From Tubulanus polymorphus (Eukaryota > Animalia > Nemertea), in contig NC_134029.1 in the NCBI RefSeq assembly GCF_964204645.1, positions 558,001-622,000 on the forward strand: a stretch of DNA of 64,000 nt, read 5' to 3'. Position numbers and translations under genes: made by a program. The first letter of the stretch is position 1. Each line of letters opens with the position of its first letter. This document shows positions 24,754-37,894 of the stretch, in pieces. The notes beneath the pieces are model-generated. The model saw nothing but the letters and a program-made list of their open reading frames with translations. It ran no database searches and was not told the DNA's origin.

Positions 24754-27700
24754 TGGGGGTAGAATTCTTTAAACCATTTCATCACATCCGTAGAGATCAC
24801 TGAAATTATATCAAAATCATCTAGTTCTAGGTTCCTAATCCACGAAAATATCAGAAAATTTCCTGAATATCGGATTCAGATAATTCAGCGTCTGAATTTG
24901 GGATGGATATCTGAATCCGATCTGATGCGGCGCTCGTAGAGAAACCTGGCAATATTTGTTTTCTTTGATGACATGAATATTGAATTAGTGTCAGTCTGAA
25001 GTTGTGTTAATGACACCGACTTGACTCAGAAAATGGCAGCAGCATCAGGCAGTAGCTCCTACTGAGTGAGAAATCGGTCATGCATAACAAATACTGATCA
25101 GGAGAACAATGTTGAAATCTAAGCAATAAAACACTAGTTTGAAAGCTATGAAGTTCCTCTTTAACTCAATTTGTTTTTGAGCATAGACGATAAATCGGAT
25201 TAGATTCGTTGCGATAGTTCTTGAATTTCCGTACTAGCAACAATGAAAATTTTAAACAAGATTCAAGTTATATAATTGGATGATAATTTTGCAATATAAA
25301 GCTAATTTGATTTCAGCGACGGGTACAGCTAGATATCGGTGGAGCTATAGTTCCACGTGGAAGAACTGCGGTGGATGTGGACCGATGTACCTTGTTTATT
25401 GGTTGTTGTGAAAACTCGTTGTCGTCCGTGTATGAACAGGTGTAACGTCGGGACATCAAACTTCACCCACGACTTCCAACTACCGCGACCTCCAATCGAT
25501 AAACCAGTTCCTTTCTAAACGTAGAATAAATAGATACTTATTGATTATTCGAATCTTTCTTTTGAATTTGGGATTTATTTTTGTCGAGAATGAGCCACAT
25601 AGAATTCTATTTCCTTAAGTCGCAGCCCATGAAGTAGACTAGGCCTATATAAGATTTAAAAACCCACAATATTGATGATTAACAATGAGAAATGTGTAAC
25701 ACTGATGTTCCGGAGAGAATGCTTCTAACTCATCTTCACATTTATTTGAAATGAATGCACAGAGTGTAGTATGCATCGCGATTGATAAGACACTCGTCTT
25801 ATGACGATAGTGTAAGGAGAATTTTGACTTTTCTTTGGAGAAATTTTTCGATATTATTGTGGGATTCTCTTTATATCGGAGTATATACATCTCTGAAGCC
25901 GTCAGTCTAACAGATTTCCCTTGTTACAATCGTCAATATTGTAGGATTTCTGTGTATACATATTAAATAGCATACTTGTACACGGAATGCTTGAATGCGA
26001 TTTTGAATCTCGGAGAGAATTTTGTCATCGTTGAAATCATCAATGGATAAATGCCTGTAAATATACGATAAACTGAATACATTCAACTTTATTTTATCGG
26101 AACTTTGTAGAAAATATGAAAGAAATTTGAAATGTTTTGAGTAAACGGCTTTGGTTGGTTTGGTACTGAATCATAGATAGTAGCGTGCATTTGAATAAAA
26201 GTCTATTTACATTCCAGACACTAGGACTGAAATTCATTTCATCATCTATCAACATCGATGAAATATTAGTTCATCAAAATTCATTTCACATTCAAACAAT
26301 TTCATCGAATCAATTGAAGTCGAGTTGTTTATGATATTTTGACAACGCAATCGATAACGATGAGAATGACGATAAAAGTGCTTCAGATTTATCGATGCCG
26401 CTGATATTTCAAAAGCGGTATATTCCTCTCATTGTTAACGCGAGGCGCGTTGGATGCGCGCGCATACACCGGTCGCAGATGGAAACAGGCAACAAGATAA
26501 AGAACTTTAATCTCGTTCGCTGCCATCAATAAACAGGACAGAGTAAGTAAAATAGATTGCGTTTATTGGTAGTTAAAGTGCAGCAAACCCGGATCACCAC
26601 GACTTTCTATCAGCATCATCAGTATTGATGGATGAGGCTAGTGGTAAAAATAGACTTCAGTCTCAAAGTCCATCGGAATAATCGTGACAATCGAAAGTAG
26701 TCGAAGATTTTGGTAGATTGGTTACTGAACCCAAAAATAGCTTATACTGGTCTAAAGCCTGGGCAGTGCAACTGGTCACAGGGACGTGGCTGAAGAGAAA
26801 TAAAAACCTAACTTATCGGATGCCCACCCGGTGTTTGAAGCAATGCGTTGCATGACAAAGCCTCATTACATCTATCTCTCCCAGACATATTAACGCTTCT
26901 CCGCTGTATCTGTATAGAGACAAAACAGCTTCTCGAAGAACGAGAAAAACGTCGACAAAGCCTTTAATCCGACTCTGATAACTGTAAACACTCTAAACAT
27001 ATATACACGATGGCGACAGTATGAATACGTGCTTGTTGGCACAGACACCCGATATACACGTGCTGGTATATCAGTATCGTATATTTATGATATAATTCAT
27101 CACACGTTTTGTGTTAATAAAATTGCTTTTATCTGATCTGGAGATGATTCATCAGTTTTAACGGGTATTACACAGACTGATGTGGTGTTTCATGCGGTAC
27201 CTGGAGGATGATGGTGGTAAACTCGATACTGCGCACGCGCCGACATCGAACAACTGCTGCTAACTCAGTCGGGACTGGGGAATCAAACAGTCGCAGCTTC
27301 TTATACGCTTTTAATCCATAAAACAGTTTTATTCCAAATCGTTGACTTGAACACGTCATTAAAGTTGTCCCCGGCCCGTCACCAGACTGTTTACATTTTT
27401 ACCGTCAACTACTGCCTCGTTATATAACGTTGACGGCAAATACGCGAACTAACCCGATAGGGCATATGCCTGACTATGGCACGCGAGTAGATGACTTAGT
27501 TCATAGATCTGCCGCTGTTATGCGTAGGCGCAGCACTTGACGGTCGAGATTTGCCACAGATCGACATCCCTACTCTGGCGCGCGAGTAACAAAGATTATT
27601 TTTCAATTTCATGCCATGCGTTTATCACCATTTCGTTTCAAACGAACAGTTCCAACAATGCTTAAGCTTTATAAAAGATGAATCTGCTTTTAAAAAAGAG

Positions 27701-30700
27701 CCCCGAGCCAATCTGTTTCGTAGGGATAACTCACATGCCAGAGGAGGAATTCATAATCAAATATGTTCGAATCCCATAAATTACTGAGACCTAAAATCAA
27801 TATCGAATCGACAGTTATTTTACAAGTTAGGATCGACGTAACGCTTTTGATTCTGGGAAATGCCTACGAAATAAGACTGATGTCCCCTCCAGACCTGCCC
27901 TTCCCGATCCGTAGTCTACGACAGATTTCCGCACACAATGACCGCACATTCCAATAGACAAGCCGATGAAACGTCTAGAAGATGTGCACTTGACTCGACG
28001 GCAAAGAAATGAAGATTCTTGTTGATATCTTTAGCTATTTATATGAAAGTCCATCGATCACAAACAAACACATTGTAAGATCGATGGAACATTTCTGGCC
28101 TAAGCCGTCGTGATTAATCTATATGCTAAACCTATTGTCACCGGTGAATTGCACCAGACTTATCCCCGTCCAGACCTGCGCAAAATACCAACCAGTGAGC
28201 GACTGACGCCGGGCGCGATGATGACGAGGCGAGAGTTTGATTACATGCAACAACGCGCAATCATTTAGAAATAGTAAATGAACGCATCAATCTTTGAATT
28301 AGTCATTAGAGAGAGAGAGAGACAGTGTCAACACGCGGTTATATACTGATTCATTAGAGAGAAAGAGAGACAGTGTCAACACGCGGTTATAAATATACTG
28401 ATTCTATGGTTTAGAAATTACTGGTCGTTTGGTGGTTCATCAATCAAAAATAACTAACTCTATTCGGAACGAGTCGCGGGCCTCTGTTATATTGACATTC
28501 AATATTGTTTATATAAATGCCAACATTTCGGTTATTGCTGTAATCAGAAAATCGCTGCTCCCCGTGGACTATTTGATGGCTGTTGAGGCTAGCGCAGCAA
28601 CAAAAACTGTTCTCATCACATCGAAAGCTTGCTTTTTGCCATTCTCATTATCGAAAACAGCTCTCTCGATTATGCGTCGATCTCCATATGCGTAGAATGT
28701 CAATATATTTCTAAACGGTGAAGTATATAACCAGACGAGAATTATAGAGACATCATTTCTAAAAGCGGACCGACCACTGCGTAAATTGGTACTCAACTCT
28801 CTCCTGTGCCATTAACCGAGTCGGGCGGACAGCTAAACAATAATAACAGCACCATCGCCAGTAGAGTGAGAGAGATTGCTGCTGATATATAAGAGTGCTT
28901 GTCGTAAGTTCTAGCTGTAAGCAGAATCCGCTGTAAGATGATAGGTTACCCCAGACCTCTCCGATCTCTCTCTCCACAAGTTCCTCAACATTGTATAAAC
29001 ACTATCGAGAGAGGGTTTGTGGTAAACGTGCGCCTTAGTCGTGTTTGTCGTCATCATTAGGAACATCTCTGGTTACATTTAACACGGAGAGTAATCACTG
29101 GAGAATTGCGACTCCGAATCTCATTCAGCGGGAGAGTCATCGAGTTTCTATGTGCGGCTTTATGTGATTAGTTTTATCCGCTGCTTGATGCAAGGACAAA
29201 TGTAATATTCACTCCTTCCTGCGACCACAAATACACGCAGGTGTTTTACAAGGCCGGGATGAGAGAGCGTTATAATGACAATCTGGGGTCAGTCGCACAG
29301 TCATAGTTTAGACTTAAGATCATCATAGTTCTATAAAAAAGTGTTTTGGTACTGAGTGTTTGGTACTGAGTGTTTGATACTGAGTGATTGATACTGAGTG
29401 TTTGATACTGAGTGTTTGATACTGAGTGTTTGCGTGTCGTGTGAATAACAAAATCCAGTAAATGACAATCTGTTTCTATCCCTATATCATGTATAAACAC
29501 GCATACAGCTAAAGTAGATTAAGTTGAAGGTCGCTCGTGCGCGTGACGTCGTATATCGCAAGACGATTGTTCCGACCGAGGGAATAATTCCAGGCAAATA
29601 CAAACACAGATAGATTGATGTAGTTTTATAGCGCGATGAGAAAACTAAATAGCCCAGAAATCATAAATATTTCATACCGATGCGACCTACGTGACTTGAA
29701 TATTACCCCTGATGGTGCTGTGTAACAGTTCATCATGTACGGATTTAATGATGATTATTATTCATGATCGCAGTCTGCGAATTATCAGCAATTCACGCCA
29801 GTTTTATATGTCATACTTTCCCCTTTATTTCGGACTAGATGCTATCAACAAATCCCCCAGGACTGGATCTAGGGTCCAATTTCAATCGCTTCGCCAAAGT
29901 TAAATGACACTTTTTTCAAAAAAAGGTACATTAAAGGAGTAGAGCAGAATGTCGGTAAAACGTCCAAAGTTTCCAGGTGAAATAATTGTTCATTTTGCCG
30001 CATAAAACATTTCTAAAGTTTTAAAGGGGTTTTTAATTTTTCAAACCCTTCAAGGAATTTCAGAATGCATCACACACGAGGCACCTGGATCCACTACAAT
30101 CGCGTCAGTTCTACGAATTACACGAACAAATACTCAGTGATCATTATCGAGGATTTTTATTCCGTTTGAAGCTGGAATTGAGACGCAATCTTATCCTGAC
30201 TGAGTGGCTACCAATTATAATCGTTCAAAAAAATGTCACCGGTAAAAATTGCTCATGTCTCAGCTACAACTGGTATTATATTTCACTTTCTATCGGTTGC
30301 CATGGTACAAACCGGTTTATCACAGTCTAGAACGCTCCTTCAAAGAGCCGACGATTCCGAGTATAATTGATTCCAGCTCGACTCGTGTCGAACCCGGATT
30401 ATTTGAGATTTAGATGAACTTCAATTTCAATTTCTATTTATACTTGATTAAGCTGAAAGCATTATATATCAGAATTTTAGAATTGCACTCGGATCGTGAT
30501 TATGTTATATCATTTAAGGGATATCTGATTCCATTCTTAATTTTACCTACGATTATAGCGTAATAAGGGCAGGGAGATGTAGAGGGTATTTTCCCGGGGT
30601 CTGTAGTTCTGCCTTAACCGATTGAAGTTGCCTTGTTTCTTAAGAAAGGGATCTTAAAAACCTGCAAGTTCTGAAAATCGATGGGAAATTACATCTGTTT

Positions 30701-33621
30701 GGATGCATTACTTCAAAAATCTTCTTCAACTAAAGGGGGATCGACTAACGGCTTTTCTTTTCTTTCGTATCCCTACCTAACAGCGCTCCTGGATCCATCT
30801 AGCATTTTTTCAAATCACATCTAGTAGCGAATGGTTGGAATTTAAGTAATTTCATCGATCGAAAAACCTGCATCTAACAACGCGTTGTTTGGTGTACCCC
30901 GGAGCAATCCCTCACAGCGCGTTGTTTGGTGTACCCCGGAGCAATCCCTCACAGCGCGTTGTTTGGTGAACCTCGGAGCAATCCCTCACAACACGTTGTT
31001 TGGTGTACCCTGGAGCAATCCCTCACAACACGTTGTTTGGTTTACCCCGGAGCAATCCCTCAAACGCGGTGTTTGGTGTACCCCGGAGCACTCCTTCACC
31101 TGCCGCAGCTGAAGTTAACCTAGCGTGTCTTAGACGGCATAGCGTACAAGTCAGCTCATGATAATCAAAACCAATAGCGAAAAGCAATTTATTATCCCGC
31201 TGAGCCTGCTGGGGTTATTGATATTTCTATAATTCTGCTCATATTCCCATTTATTTTTTCTGCTGGATTCTTGCCCTTGTTCTCGCCGAGTTTATTGCTT
31301 AATGACATCGAACAGGCAATGAATTATTTGTGTAACGATTTTCAGCTTTCGATGTTGACGACGACGAAATTTGAAATTGCGCTAAAAAGCGATAAATCGC
31401 GTTTAATGTTCGATTTTTAAATGAGCATTTGACAACAACATAAACCATTCACAGAACCATTTACAGAACCACACTCAGAACCATTCACACAACCATTCAC
31501 AGAACCATACACGGATCCATGCCGTCGTTGAGCGCATTAAAGATACTTTAGTTTACTATGAGATATTGACACAAGCTACGGTTTAATATCTTAAGTGTAT
31601 TTTCGTATGAGCTTATTCGCTTTAAGCGCTGATTGTCGTCGCTTCTTCCTACGCGCTATCTGCGTGATTTAATTCAATCAACAGCTAAACATCGTTTCTC
31701 ATGTTGTTTAATTCACTTCAATCGCAAATCTGATGTTTTATGTACTTCAAGTATTTGCATATTGTTTCTATACGTATTGATACAGTAAGAATGGAAATAC
31801 TGCTCTAAATCTCGGTGGGGGGGGGGGGGTGTCTGTGATGTTATGTTAGTGGGGATGTTTGTGTCTCAATGGTTGCGGCGGGGGAGGGGGGATATCAATT
31901 ATTCTTTCACGGTCCACCGAGTCAAAACAGGCATTAGTCGTGCCTTGATCCGAGAGACGAATTGATAATTGAGCCGCGCAACCGGAAGTAATGGTTATAT
32001 TGCGTCCATCTACCGGAAATTGATGGGATTTAATCTAATTTCCACCTGAACCGACGAAACGACGTATACAAGCAGGGGATCACTCGCTCATATGTCAATT
32101 AGCAGCCGAGAGCTAGTAGGTTCGAGCCCCAGCGAACTCAGCAGATTCCGGAGTAATTCGGTAGAGATTCCGGAGTAATTCTGGCGCGTTCGTTTCGACC
32201 GGAATACGCTCTACCTATTATGGATTCTGTAAACAGAAGCGACCGGTAGAGATTTCGTAATCCGGAATTGATATTCCTTAAACCGGATACGTTCAATCGA
32301 AATCAATCTTAGATTGACTGGCCTCTGGGTCCTATCGTTCTTTAAATTCGATGACAGCTTCTGCAAACGACTGCCGTTTCAAGCATACACATATACAAAA
32401 CATGTCGTTTTTAAATTAGTTGCCATGTGAATGCTGCCGATAACTGCAATACGTCTAATAAAACGAATACTCTTACGAGCCGGAAGTAGAATTTCCGGAT
32501 GTATCTTCGTTAACGGAAATGAATTTCAGACTCTCTTTACTCTCCACCTACGTAACAGTGGTCACGTGATAATAAATAATACGGCGCCGGGAAAAATCTC
32601 ATTAATATTTCGTTATTTCGACTCTTCTAGAAGTTACAGTTTCACTAGGCTCCCGAGCACCCACCAAATATACATGAAATTCATTTTTTGATTCATCAAT
32701 TGGAATAGCTCTTATCAATAATTGAATTATTCAAGATAAAAATTCAATCGATATTTAAATGAAAATTTAGAAGACAACTCGAGTGACCACTAGCGACACC
32801 GGCGGATACTCGCCTGCCATAAGTGGAATCCTCGATTGCCGCAGTAGTGTTGGGTTTCAGGTTCAGCTGTTAGATAAGTAGTACATGCATCAGGGATGTA
32901 TGTTTCAGACCTAACCGCAGCCAGATCCGTTTTACTCGCTATTTCCTGAGTAATTCTAAATATTTGCGTCATATCTCGCAGCGCAATCCGAGAATGTACT
33001 ATACTAGCCTCCCCCGCGCACATTAAAATGAAGTTTACCTAATTTCTAGAATACTTACATTGGGTTTTTACTTATCAGCAGTTGTTGAATGAATGTAGCA
33101 ACTGATTGGGTTAGGCCATCCTGGTTTACTCCCACTATCTGACCGTATTTCTGTGTTAAACTATACGGCCCGCTGTAGTCGTATATGCCGCCGCCCAGTA
33201 CGTCTAGGGCACTTTCTGAAACCAGAGTTGATCTTGGTTCAACGTTCAAAAAATCTTGCAGCTTCAAACTGTCGATAGTGCACGTGCCCTCACTCGAAAA
33301 CAGATCATGTTTATCGGCAATTCGCCATTTTGTTTCAACGTTTAGGGTACGATGTTCGGCACTAGGGGGCGATACACTGCGGGAGAAGAATAGTTCGGAT
33401 ATAGCGGCGATTGCGAATAGCACGGCGCCGCATGATAAACAGGTTCTCGTGTAAAACCCGGAGAAATATTCCGATAATAATTTCTCGTTTTCGGTGGCGC
33501 TCGAATCGCGTCTCTCAGAGGCTAAAGATGTAGATGACGAACGTCGAAACTTTCCCGGATAAATGTCTTTTTCCGACTTTCGACTCCGTAACATTTGAAA
33601 TCTGCTGGCTGTACACGGCAT
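24355..33621 (-). CDS. Uncharacterised type II membrane protein (~265 aa), possibly with a divergent ILEI/FAM3-like domain
   Basis: Exon 33059-33621 has a signal anchor (CLSCGAVLFAIAAISELFF) and ends at a phase-2 GTAAGT donor. It reads in frame through 25976-26054, 25391-25514 and 24355-24389 (...SKY*). An acceptor near 33823 implies an upstream UTR exon. Confidence 0.5.
29345..29430. repeat. 14-bp minisatellite (TTTGATACTGAGTG)n
   Basis: About 6 units. Confidence 0.9.
30878..31095. repeat. ~41-bp minisatellite (GTTGTTTGGTGTACCCCGGAGCAATCCCTCAC...)
   Basis: 5 units. Confidence 0.9.
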
Positions 33622-34149
33622 TCTGGCGGCACGAAATGTCAGTTGTTAATAAAGAAACATAGCAACGATAAATCCGTCTGTTTCGGTATGAAATCCTCCG
33701 ATATACGCCGCAGTATACAGAACCAGTAATCTGCAAGTCGAGCCTCCGTCGGTTGCGATCCTCGAATCCTGAACAACTGCGCTAATCTAGAACTATCATT
33801 CCGGCTCAGCAGTGAGCGACATCTGGAAAAATTCTGAAACTGCCTGAACCAAGTTATATATATATCATTAATATATAACGATATTGATACAATCAGTCCA
33901 CACACACACTGTTGACCAAGATCGTCTATTATTTATATGTATATATCTATATTCACACTGTATAATCAAACATCGCACACATTGTACAGCGACGGGTGAT
34001 AATCATAACATACAATATCAGAAACTATTAATTGAATTTCATCATATTAAAATTCTGAAACTAGTTGAACAGTTATTCATTTAGTCAATTTGGAGTCAAA
34101 TGTTAATTACATTGATATCGTATTGGATATTGTATTGGGAACGAATCGA

Positions 34150-34300
34150 GATTGAATGATATATCAAGATTGAATGATATTTTAGAATGAATGATATTTA
34201 AGAATGAATGTTATGTCGAGAATGAATGTTATATCGAGAATGAATGATATATCGAGAACGAATGATATATCGAGAATGAATGATATATCGAGAACGGATA
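34150..34300. repeat. 18-bp minisatellite (GAATGAATGATATATCGA)n
   Basis: About 8 units. Confidence 0.9.
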
Positions 34301-35231
34301 TATTTGCTCGTAAGATTTTCTTCATTCAATGGAACCTGACTTTCATCCATTACACCCCCTCCCAGCCTAACGAAAATATGGGAAATTTATTTCATCTTGA
34401 TGACCAGTTAATAGTGTCCTGATTTCAAACTATCCATTGCATTTTCCGAGTACGGAGCGCATTCATTCAAAACAGTTAAACCAGCCCCCTCAGTAAGAAA
34501 AAACCTGCATGCACTATTTACCTTTAATCAGTGCTTCGTGCTTTATTTGCCCTGTTCTTCTTTGGTTTGATTGTCCAGTGCGGATGTGACGTCAGATCAG
34601 GCGGAAGAGACTGCGAACGAGTACGCGTGATGAGGGGACGCGTAAAAACAATCTGCGAACCGGTGACTGTGAATTCCAGCAGTCAATTAATGACAACAGC
34701 CAAGAAGAGAGAGAGAGACAGAGACAGAGAGACCACACGGCAGCTGCGCGGCGTACTGCAGCTCGACAGAGTCACGTCTAATAATAGATTTATCCCCGGG
34801 GGTAGCAGAACATTTTCAAATCGAAGTATTACTAGTAGGTGCCTCGCGCTGTGTGTTTTGTCGTAAGGGAATCTCTGAAGTTAATCGTCGATCGTTGAGA
34901 TGAAAAAGACGGATGAAAATGTTGCCGCGCGCGTTTGATATTATTGACCTCCACTCAACCTAGCAGTCCGGCGTTCCGGTGATGAAAATTGATTGATGTC
35001 GAGTGGAGAAATGGTGATGGAAACGCACAGGACCCGTTTCACGTGTGTTCCCTCTAAGAGTCAAGTCATTTCGCTTTCATTACTGGACCAAACAGTCAAC
35101 TCTTAACATAAAACAGTGGATCTGTAGATCATAGATTTCAAAACATAACACGACAAACTTTAATTCTTATTGTTTCAAATTTCAAACTTATTGAGAACGT
35201 CATTCAATACTTCTGAATGATAACCGTAAAC

Positions 35232-35752
35232 GTGTGTCGCGACCCGTGTGCCACCCGTGTGCGACCCGTGTGCGACCCGTGTGCGACCCGTGTGCGACCC
35301 GTGTGCCACCCGTGTACGACCCGTGTACGACCCGTGTACGACCCGTGTGCCACCCGTGTGCGACCCGTGTGCGACCCGTGTGCCACCCGTGTGCGACCCG
35401 TGTACGACCCGTGTACGACCCGTGTGCCACCCGTGTGCGACCCGTGTGCGACCCGTGTGCGACCCGTGTGCGACCCGTGTGCCACCCGTGTGCCACCCGT
35501 GTGCCACCCGTGTGCCACCCGTGTGCGACCCGTGTGCGACTCGTGTGCGACTCGTGTGCCACCCGTGTGCGACTCGTGTGCGACCCGTGTGCGACCCGTG
35601 TGCGACTCGTGTGCGACCCATGTGCGACCCGTGTGCGACCCGTGTGCCACCCGTGTGCCACCCGTGTGCGACCCGTGTGCCACCCGTGTGCCACCCGTGT
35701 GCCACCCGTGTGCCACCCGTGTGCCACCCGTGTGCCACCCGTGTGCGACCGT
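35232..35752. repeat. 11-bp minisatellite (CCCGTGTGCGA/CCA)n
   Basis: About 47 units; stop-free in all six frames. Confidence 0.97.
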
Positions 35753-36830
35753 TACGTATCTTTCTATTTGATAACATGAAATCTGTCTCAGCAGATGATT
35801 TTAAATACACACCGGAAGTGAACAAGCAGACTGATGATGATGACTGAAAAAGAGACATAATCTCTATTTATCATATGACTGCTGGAGTTTGAGATAGAGA
35901 ACTAGTCGTTATGGCGACGTTTGTCTCCGGTGATACAGTGTGTCACACAACGGATATTTGATTCGATTCGGCCTTCGTTATTATTTCAGACATCGCAGAA
36001 ACAGCAGAAACAGCTGAAAAATGATATCTCATACGACGTTTGTTTTTGACGGTGTCTTTCTTCATGAAAAACTGGTTGTTGCATTGTTGGTCTTGTCGCT
36101 CCCCTCTGGGTTCAGTTTCATAAAGAAACATCATTCTCTGAATTCGATTTAGGAGTTAAACTGAAACTGACCCATAATTGACATCTCGAGAGTCCAAATC
36201 CACAGAAGTTGGCTACGAATTACCTTTAATGATTAGATTTCTATTGAAAAATAACTACATCGAAATCTCAACCGCAGAAATATCTCTTTTGTTATATGTA
36301 AAATGTAGATTGCCGAGCTAGAGTTAGGGCTTGGGCTTTATTTTGGGCTGGCGAGCACCTTTCTGTGTTTGTATTTTTGGTTTCTGAAATTTGTGTCTGT
36401 TTTTTAGCTTAGCAGCAGAAAGTGAATGAATGTCTTCGGTTCATTCTTCCGTCAACTGTTTATCAATGTGAATCCTGTCGCGTAGTGAGGATAACTGTAT
36501 ATATGTAACACTTGGCTCAGTGCTGGCGACTTAAATTTAATTTCACTCCAGACACAAAACTTGATACACGAACCTTCATTTTTTCGATGTGCTTTTCTTC
36601 TATCACGCGCTTTATGGAATCCAGTGCATGTTCGCGTTCCCCGAGGCCTTAATGGCCCAACAATATTTCAGTGGGCTTTACAGGAAAAATCACAATAAAA
36701 TCACACAAAAACATTTTTCTATCGTTAAAACAATTTATGTAGAACTTAGGTTTTAGTTGTGAGATAAAATGTAAGCTGGTTCGATAGATTCAACTCACAA
36801 CTGTGGACACCCAAGGTTTTCATTGTTCCT

Positions 36831-37345
36831 CTAACAGCAATCGTCGAGATATGGGTTGCACAGTCGAGCTACCCTGTCAAGATCTCTTTTCTCTTCTTCA
36901 GCCACAGCCATCGCCCAGACCGACGCCAATACTGCACAGATCGGCAAAACTAGTTTAGCAAGTTGATCTGAAAAATATAACATTAAACTGCGAATGAAAA
37001 CCTGTACATCGGATGGGGGGAGAGAAAACATAATAAGATAACGGATAATAAGATAAAACCCACTATCTACAGATTAAAAGAATTTTAAAACCAAGAATTT
37101 ATTTATTCGAACAATCTAAAATATATAAAATACACGACGTTTCGATCTCACACCTGACGATGATCTCTAGGGTGAGATCGAAACGTCGTGTGTTTTATAT
37201 ATTTTAGATTGTTCGAATAAATAAATTCTTGATTTTAAAATTCTTTTAATCTGAAGATAGTGGGTTTTTTACTGTCTGCTAGTTTGAACCTATTTCCACA
37301 AATTGAATTTGAAAAATCGTCAAAAATTATCTACTTACTCATCAT
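36831..37345 (-). CDS. Cys-peptide prepropeptide 1 (47 aa): MMNQLAKLVLPICAVLASVWAMAVAEEEKRDLDRVAR|LCNPYLDDCC
   Basis: Coding exons 37339-37345 (ATGATGA|gtaagt) and 36831-36967 (tttttcag|AT CAA...). Upstream UTR donor at 37491 and TATATAA near 37534-37540. Confidence 0.85.
37055..37268. mobile_element. Penelope-like inverted-repeat (pLTR) palindrome in the intron of peptide gene 1
   Basis: Near-perfect arms of about 95 bp around a central hammerhead motif. Confidence 0.8.
37149..37192 (+). ncRNA. Minimal type I hammerhead ribozyme motif
   Basis: CACAC-CTGACGA-T-GATCTC-TAGGGT-GAGATC-GAAA-CG-TC-GTGTG: stem I, core, stem II, palindromic ACGT helix III, GUC cleavage triplet. Confidence 0.75.
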
Positions 37346-37527
37346 TTTCTTGAATTTCTCTGACGGTAGAAATCTCTGTAAGCGGTTAGAACTAATTTCA
37401 GAACCTGGAAATAAAATTCCGCCACACGATCAACAATCATTGAGAATCATTTGCAGATTTGAGAATTACTCCCTCGACTGACCGTACTTACTGTGAGATG
37501 TATAGCATAGACAGTTTGGCTGCAATA

Positions 37528-37556
37528 TGACTAATTATATACTATTAACCAATTGA
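37528..37556 (-). promoter_or_regulatory. Putative TATA/CAAT core promoter of peptide gene 1
   Basis: Minus strand reads CAATTGGTTAATAGTATATAATTAG about 45 nt upstream of the first GTAAGT donor; conserved in copy 2 (~40655-40680). Confidence 0.5.
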
Positions 37557-37894
37557 CGAAGAATAGAACAATGTTTGTTCATCTTTTCATATTTACCATT
37601 TTCCATTTACCATTTGAAGCTCTCGAACGACACAGGTGGCACAGATGGTGAAATATAATACTTTACAGTGAAAAACAGGAGCGAGAGTTTTTAATTCTCT
37701 TCTTAACTTAATTTTCTACAGGAAGGCCTGTATTATTTGCCTTTACTAAAAGCCAGTTGAATCAAAAGAACATACTGAAAGGCTTAAGAAGCAACCATCG
37801 TTACATTGATGCACGGCCATAACATATTATCATTCTGGAGCTGGATCCTTTACAGCAATTTGATTCATGGCCAAGGAGTTCCATTCGAGGATTT

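Noticed and set aside
25460-26908. Alternative frame TPGIYPLMIS...YRLEVAVVGSRG* resembling a fibrillin C-terminus or a Ras P-loop
   Set aside because: Stops before any GKS motif and upstream of a further exon. The other frame is open to the last exon and in phase with the 33059 donor.
28429-28977. Short ORFs on both strands
   Set aside because: No recognisable motif or consistent splice frame; probably intronic or UTR sequence.
35175-35858. Six overlapping Cys/His-rich ORFs resembling metallothionein
   Set aside because: An 11-bp minisatellite that is stop-free in all frames; no splice or start context.
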